Part shown: positions 60,028 through 64,000 of the stretch, piece by piece | Position numbering within the stretch: position 1 is the stretch's first letter | Layout of the letters: each line of letters opens with the position of its first letter | NCBI GenBank assembly: GCA_035544955.1 | Contig: DASZZN010000033.1 | Location: 139,329 to 203,328, forward strand | Direction of reading: 5' to 3' | DNA: 64,000 bases | From: Candidatus Dormiibacterota bacterium | Lineage (GTDB): Bacteria; Chloroflexota; Dormibacteria; CF-121 | Translations under genes and position numbers: made by a program | Notes under the pieces: model-generated | Told to the model about the DNA's origin: nothing | Databases searched by the model: none | Seen by the model: the letters and a program-made list of their open reading frames with translations, nothing else

Positions 60028-60516
60028 ATGCCCGGCGTCGGAGACCTGGCACCCGATTTCACCCTGCCGGGGACGCCCGACGGGGATCCGGTTGCCCTCT
60101 CCTCGTTCAAAGGCAAGAAGCATGTGCTGCTGGCCTTCTACGTTTTCGACTTCAGCCCCGGTTGAACGAATGAGCTCAGCTCCTTGCGAGGTGATTACCC
60201 GCAGTTCGTGAAGGCCGAGACCGAAATACTCGGGCTCAGCGTGGATCACATCTGGGCGCATAAGGCCTATGCGAAGAGCCTGGGCGACCTCCCGTTTCCC
60301 ATCCTCGCGGATTGGGACAAGTCTGTCGCCCGCCGCTACGGCGTCCTCAACGAGGAGCGCGGCGTGGCCCAGCGATCACTGTTCCTCGTCGACTACCGAG
60401 GCTACGTCCGCTGGCGCAACCCGCACTACGACTGGCGCAGCCAGGAGCAGTACGCCCAGGTGACCGAGGCAATGCTGGCGTTGCCCATGATCCCCCGAGC
60501 GAAGGAAGGGAAATAG
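60028..60516 (+). CDS. PrxQ/BCP-type peroxiredoxin with in-frame TGA (probable selenocysteine) at the peroxidatic position
   Basis: Track ORFs 59872-60165 and 60184-60516 are in the same frame, separated only by TGA at 60163-60165. Joined sequence '...[29 protein letters not shown]...' aligns with the PrxQ 'FYPKDFTPGCTTE' motif with TGA at the Cys. The second ORF has no ATG of its own (the track translates a TTG as Met). Confidence 0.65.
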
Positions 60517-60557
60517 AAAAGGCCAGCCCGAAGGCTGGCCGTTCATGGTCGAGTGGG

Positions 60558-60860
60558 TTAGCTCTTGCCGTTGGCGACGACGGCCAGAATGTCCTTCTCG
60601 GAGAGGATCAGGTACTCGGTCTCGTCGAGCTTGATCTCGCTGCCGGCGTACTTGGCGTAGACCACGCGGTCGCCGACTTTGACGTCCAGCGGCTCGCGCT
60701 TGCCGGTCGTCTCGATGAAGCGGCCGTTGCCGACGGCCTCGACCAGGCCTTCCTGCGGCTTCTCCTTGGCGGTGTCGGGCAGCACGATCCCGCTCTTGGT
60801 CTTCTCTTCCCGCTCGACGGGCTTGATTACGACGCGATCGCCCAGTGGACGTAGCTTCAT
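60558..60860 (-). CDS. groES: co-chaperonin GroES
   Basis: '[16 protein letters not shown]...[21 protein letters not shown]' full-length match; 'AAGGAGGG' RBS upstream. Confidence 0.95.
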   Translation of the reverse strand: MKLRPLGDRVVIKPVEREEKTKSGIVLPDTAKEKPQEGLVEAVGNGRFIETTGKREPLDVKVGDRVVYAKYAGSEIKLDETEYLILSEKDILAVVANGKS

Positions 60861-60888
60861 GAAACCCTCCTTAGATGGTGACAGTACA

Positions 60889-60915
60889 TTAGCACTCAGT
60901 GAGCCCGAGTGCTAA
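60889..60915. promoter_or_regulatory. CIRCE operator (HrcA binding site)
   Basis: TTAGCACTC-agtgagccc-GAGTGCTAA, perfect 9-N9-9 match to the CIRCE consensus, 29 nt upstream of the groES start. Confidence 0.9.
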
Positions 60916-60943
60916 TGATACTCGCTTTGGCGAGGCCCTTCAA
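60915..60943 (-). promoter_or_regulatory. sigma-70-like promoter for groES (-35 TTGAAG, 17-bp spacer, -10 TATCAT)
   Basis: Reverse complement reads TTGAAGggcctcgccaaagcgagTATCAT immediately upstream of CIRCE. Confidence 0.5.
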
Positions 60944-60976
60944 GGGGCCCGGCGCTGGCCGGACCCCCTGCTGCGG

Positions 60977-61846
60977 TTAGTCGTCGTCCTCGCGGGTGTA
61001 GCCAGAGGCCTGCCACAGCGTCAGCGCCATTGCGGCATAGCCGGCGTTGGTCGGGTGTGTGTCATGGAGCGATGTGCAGATGGCGGTCAGCAGGCACAGG
61101 GTAGGAACCTCCGCCGGCCCGCTGGGATTGAAGACGGGGAACACATCGGCCACCCGCGCACCCTGGGACGTCGCGGCGAGCTTGATCGTATTGTCGATAA
61201 AGGTGGCGAATTGATCGGACGCGGGAATCGACACCGCCAGGGGATTGTAGAGATCGAGAACGATGATCTCGCTCGTCGGCGATGCGGCATGAAGCGTCGC
61301 GACAATCGTGGCGAGATTGGTGCCGACCTTATTGAGCAGAGCGGGCAAACGCGCCGTGACGCACGCCACGAAGGTGTTCGGGTCGGGGCATGCCTCGATC
61401 AAGTCGTGGGTTGCGTCGTTCGATCCCAGGTCGATCGTGATCGGGCTTACTCGGTTGGGATGGGACCCCAAAAAAGCCAAAGCCGTTGCGAGTTGCGAAG
61501 GTTGCGTGTAGGCGTTGTGGAGGGCAAAGGGATAGGGACAGGGCCCATTGATAAACGAAACCGTCGTCTCACCCGGGCATCCATAGTTGACCGTCTTGAT
61601 GCCCGGCCTCGCGGACTTCAGCAACCGGGCGAAATCATTCGTGTATCCGGTGTGAAAGGCGTCGGGGCGCTCATTTGGGTAGATCCTGTTGAAGGTCGCC
61701 TGTTGGAATCCGAACGCCAGCGAGTCGCCAAGCGAGAGATAGTATTTCCCGGGTTCCGTCTGCTGATTGGATGATGCCGCCGCCGGCATGGCGCCGGCAA
61801 CGACGGCGAGCAAGGCGACCGAAATCGCGGCAAGGCGTAAGCGCAT
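60977..61846 (-). CDS. secreted SGNH/GDSL-family hydrolase
   Basis: Signal peptide 'MRLRLAAISVALLAVVAGAMPAAAS'; block I 'LSLGDSLAFG', block III 'DLGSNDA', block V 'DTHPT'. Confidence 0.8.
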   Translation of the reverse strand: MRLRLAAISVALLAVVAGAMPAAASSNQQTEPGKYYLSLGDSLAFGFQQATFNRIYPNERPDAFHTGYTNDFARLLKSARPGIKTVNYGCPGETTVSFINGPCPYPFALHNAYTQPSQLATALAFLGSHPNRVSPITIDLGSNDATHDLIEACPDPNTFVACVTARLPALLNKVGTNLATIVATLHAASPTSEIIVLDLYNPLAVSIPASDQFATFIDNTIKLAATSQGARVADVFPVFNPSGPAEVPTLCLLTAICTSLHDTHPTNAGYAAMALTLWQASGYTREDDD

Positions 61847-61914
61847 GGGTATCCCTCCTGTTCGGTGGACGCGATCTATTCGATACCACGACAACGCTTC
61901 GGCGTCAACGCAGG

Positions 61915-62901
61915 TTACGTAAAGCCGAGGCCTGGGTCGGCGTCGAAGGGCGCGGGATCGGGTCCTCTCCGGTCCCACTCGATCAATGCCGCGGCGCCGA
62001 TCATCGCCGCGTTGTCGGTGCAGAGCTCCGGCGCGGGGATGACGAGACGAGCAGTCTTCCCCAGACGCGCCTGCGCGGCCTGCCGGAGCCGGCGGTTGCG
62101 CGCGACGCCCCCGCCCAGCACGATGGTCGGCGCAGGGTCGGCGGCCTGGGCGGCCTCGACGCGCTGGAGGAGAGCATCGACGATCGCCTCCTGGTAGCTG
62201 GCGGCCAGATCGGCGCGGTCCTGGTCGGAGATCGACGTCCGTTTACGGACCTCGTAGAGCAGCGCGGTCTTGACGCCGCTGAAGCTGAAGTCGAGGCCGG
62301 GAGCGCGGGGTCGCGGGAATCGGACGGCGCTGGGATCACCGTCGGCCGCCAACTTGTCGATCGCCGGACCGCCTGGGAACGGCAGGCCGAGAATGCGCGC
62401 GCCCTTGTCGAAGGCCTCACCGGCCGCGTCATCGATCGTCCGACCGATCACGGTGATGTTGCCGTCCTCCTGCCAGCGGATCAGGTCACTGTGACCTCCG
62501 GAGACCACCAGCCCGAGTACGGGGGGGCGGACCTCGGGCTCCTCGAGCTGCGCGGCGAAGACGTGGGCGGCGAGATGGCTGACGCCGATCACCGGCAGCT
62601 TGCGGGCCCAGGCAATCGCCTGGGCGAGGTTGACGCCGACCAGCAGGCAGCCAATCAGCCCAGGGCCTTTGGTCACCGCGACGGCGTCGATCTGCTCCCA
62701 GCGGGTAGCCGCGTTCTCTAACGCTCGCTCGATCACCGGGACCAGCGTCTGGAGGTGCGCGCGTGCCGCGATTTCCGGCACGACACCGCCAAAGGGCGCA
62801 TGCAGGGCATCCTGCGAACGAACGACATTCGAGAGCAGCCGCGGCCCGCTGGCGATGACCGCCGCGGCGGTTTCATCACAGGAGGTCTCGATCGCCAGGA
62901 C
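61915..62901 (-). CDS. tsaD: tRNA N6-adenosine threonylcarbamoyltransferase TsaD
   Basis: 'LAIETSCDETAAAV', 'HLAAH' metal-binding His pair, 'GGGVARN' C-terminal motif; start codon uncertain (no ATG/GTG/TTG at conserved N-terminus). Confidence 0.8.
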   Translation of the reverse strand, partial: VLAIETSCDETAAAVIASGPRLLSNVVRSQDALHAPFGGVVPEIAARAHLQTLVPVIERALENAATRWEQIDAVAVTKGPGLIGCLLVGVNLAQAIAWARKLPVIGVSHLAAHVFAAQLEEPEVRPPVLGLVVSGGHSDLIRWQEDGNITVIGRTIDDAAGEAFDKGARILGLPFPGGPAIDKLAADGDPSAVRFPRPRAPGLDFSFSGVKTALLYEVRKRTSISDQDRADLAASYQEAIVDALLQRVEAAQAADPAPTIVLGGGVARNRRLRQAAQARLGKTARLVIPAPELCTDNAAMIGAAALIEWDRRGPDPAPFDADPGLGFT

Positions 62902-62918
62902 GCGCCGGTTCGTGAGCG

Positions 62919-63461
62919 CTACTGCGGTGTGCTGGTGTCGAGCCCTTCGATCTCGAGCGTTTGCAGAATCTCGTTGAACCGCTTCTTGAAACCGGGCGCT
63001 TGGATGGAGTCCGACCACATCACGATGGCATCCTCGTTGTTGTCGGTGTAATAGCCACGGCGGCGACCGATGACCTTGAAGCCGAACTTCTCGTAGAGGC
63101 GGACGGCGACGTCGTTGGACGGCCGCACCTCGAGGGTGAGCCAGCGCGAGCCCAATTGATAGGCGCGCTGGATCAGCGCCGCCATCAGGGCATGGCCGTA
63201 CCCCTTGCCCTGCTGATTGGCGCGCACGCCGACGGTGGTGATATGCGCCTCGTCGCTCATCTTCCAGAGACCCGCATAGCCGACGATCTCCTCGTCGCGG
63301 CGCAACACGAGATAGTAGGCCGAGCGATTGTGATGGAGCTCGCGATAGTAAGCATTGCGCGGCCAGGGGGTCGGAAAGATCTGACGCTCGATCGCCTGCA
63401 CCTCGGGGATGTCCTCCTCGCGCATGGCGTCGACGAGCGTTCGGGACTTCAACTGCATCAT
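62919..63461 (-). CDS. rimI: ribosomal-protein-alanine N-acetyltransferase
   Basis: GNAT motif A 'QQGKGYGHALMAAL'; sits between tsaB and tsaD as in the conserved tsaB-rimI-tsaD arrangement. Confidence 0.85.
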   Translation of the reverse strand: MMQLKSRTLVDAMREEDIPEVQAIERQIFPTPWPRNAYYRELHHNRSAYYLVLRRDEEIVGYAGLWKMSDEAHITTVGVRANQQGKGYGHALMAALIQRAYQLGSRWLTLEVRPSNDVAVRLYEKFGFKVIGRRRGYYTDNNEDAIVMWSDSIQAPGFKKRFNEILQTLEIEGLDTSTPQ

Positions 63462-64000
63462 GGGGCCTTCCTTCTGCGCTCCTCCGCGGCCGCGGGCTGA
63501 ACGTAGAGCGCCTGCACCTCATCATATCGCAGCGGTTTTTGAGAATCGAAGGTCCAATTGGCGGAGTCCAGCAGCGCCGCGCTCAGGGGCCGCCGTTCAG
63601 CCGGGGGCACCTCGAGATGAGCCAGGCCCGGGACCCAGCCAGCCAGGCTGCCGGCGGGCTCGACCATGACCCGGGCGGCGGCGGGCAACCAGCCAGCAAG
63701 CTCATCCACAGGCAGGCGCCGGGCCGCCTCCCCTTCGCGCCAGGCATAGACCTCACGCCGGCCCGCGTCGCGCAGCGCCACGCTGGCCGGATCGCCGGTG
63801 GCTCGGCGGGCGAGGATGGGCAGGCTATCGGCGACGTACAGCGGGATATGCCGGGCGTACGCCAGCCCGGCCGCCAGCGAGAGGCCGACTCGCAGGCCCG
63901 TGAACGACCCCGGGCCACGCGCTGCCACCACCGCGTCGAGGTCGTCAGGCGTGCCGCCGGCCCGTCTCACAACGGCGTCCAGGCGGACCAGCACCGGCGG
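63458..64000 (-). CDS. tsaB: tRNA threonylcarbamoyladenosine biosynthesis protein TsaB (N-terminus beyond window)
   Basis: 'AVVAARGPGSFTGLRVGLSLAAGLAYARHIPLYVADSL' TsaB/YeaZ core; frame stays open to the window edge. Confidence 0.75.
   Translation of the reverse strand, partial: PPVLVRLDAVVRRAGGTPDDLDAVVAARGPGSFTGLRVGLSLAAGLAYARHIPLYVADSLPILARRATGDPASVALRDAGRREVYAWREGEAARRLPVDELAGWLPAAARVMVEPAGSLAGWVPGLAHLEVPPAERRPLSAALLDSANWTFDSQKPLRYDEVQALYVQPAAAEERRRKAP

Noticed and set aside
60166-60230. Possible bacterial SECIS hairpin (GAGCUCAGCUC / CCUUGCGAGG) after the in-frame TGA
   Set aside because: Not rejected as a concept, but I could not derive a convincing extended stem-loop by eye, so I do not list it as a feature. 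It needs computational folding.

Overview
High-GC (about 68%) bacterial chromosomal segment with dense, mostly minus-strand gene packing and many 1-4 nt start/stop overlaps. The gene content (whiA-gap-pgk-tpiA-gpmI-secG block, gatCAB, a DUF4388 protein, a bifunctional nuclease) suggests an Actinomycetota- or Chloroflexota-like organism. All calls are from sequence reading only.

The window is mostly core housekeeping:
- a two-component pair at the left edge;
- the glycolytic/whiA block with lgt;
- a contiguous DNA-repair neighbourhood (uvrB-uvrA-uvrC, a PAP2 phosphatase, mutM, polA, later ligA and pcrA);
- dnaE-rlmD-gatB-gatA-gatC;
- a large PAS/GAF/GGDEF/EAL membrane sensor;
- tsaB-rimI-tsaD at the right edge (tsaB runs off the window).

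Two tRNA-Leu genes are present, at 3513-3596 (CAG) and 28300-28382 (CAA).

The less ordinary content, in order of interest:
- A PrxQ/BCP-type peroxiredoxin (60028-60516) has an in-frame TGA exactly at the peroxidatic-cysteine position. It is split into two same-frame ORFs in the track and is a probable selenoprotein.
- An eight-gene, translationally coupled operon at 28546-40997 encodes a large secreted/membrane protein, an ABC-2 exporter, a membrane protein with a (Gly-Thr)x17 tandem repeat, and MoxR-DUF58-BatA-VWA genes. A stable leader hairpin precedes it and an ECF sigma/anti-sigma pair lies divergently upstream.
- A 71-aa orphan ClpX-type zinc-ribbon protein sits next to uvrC.
- An atypical HisKA-like (DHp) + dual-receiver protein lacks an ATPase domain.
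- A DUF4388 protein carries a long Pro/Gln-rich repeat.
- A perfect CIRCE operator with a -35/-10 promoter precedes a lone groES.
- A small mobile-element scar (transposase HTH remnant, 15-bp direct repeats, AT-rich patch) lies beside the first tRNA-Leu.

No CRISPR array, intact IS element, prophage or rRNA was seen. The many long antisense ORFs in the track are GC-driven artefacts.
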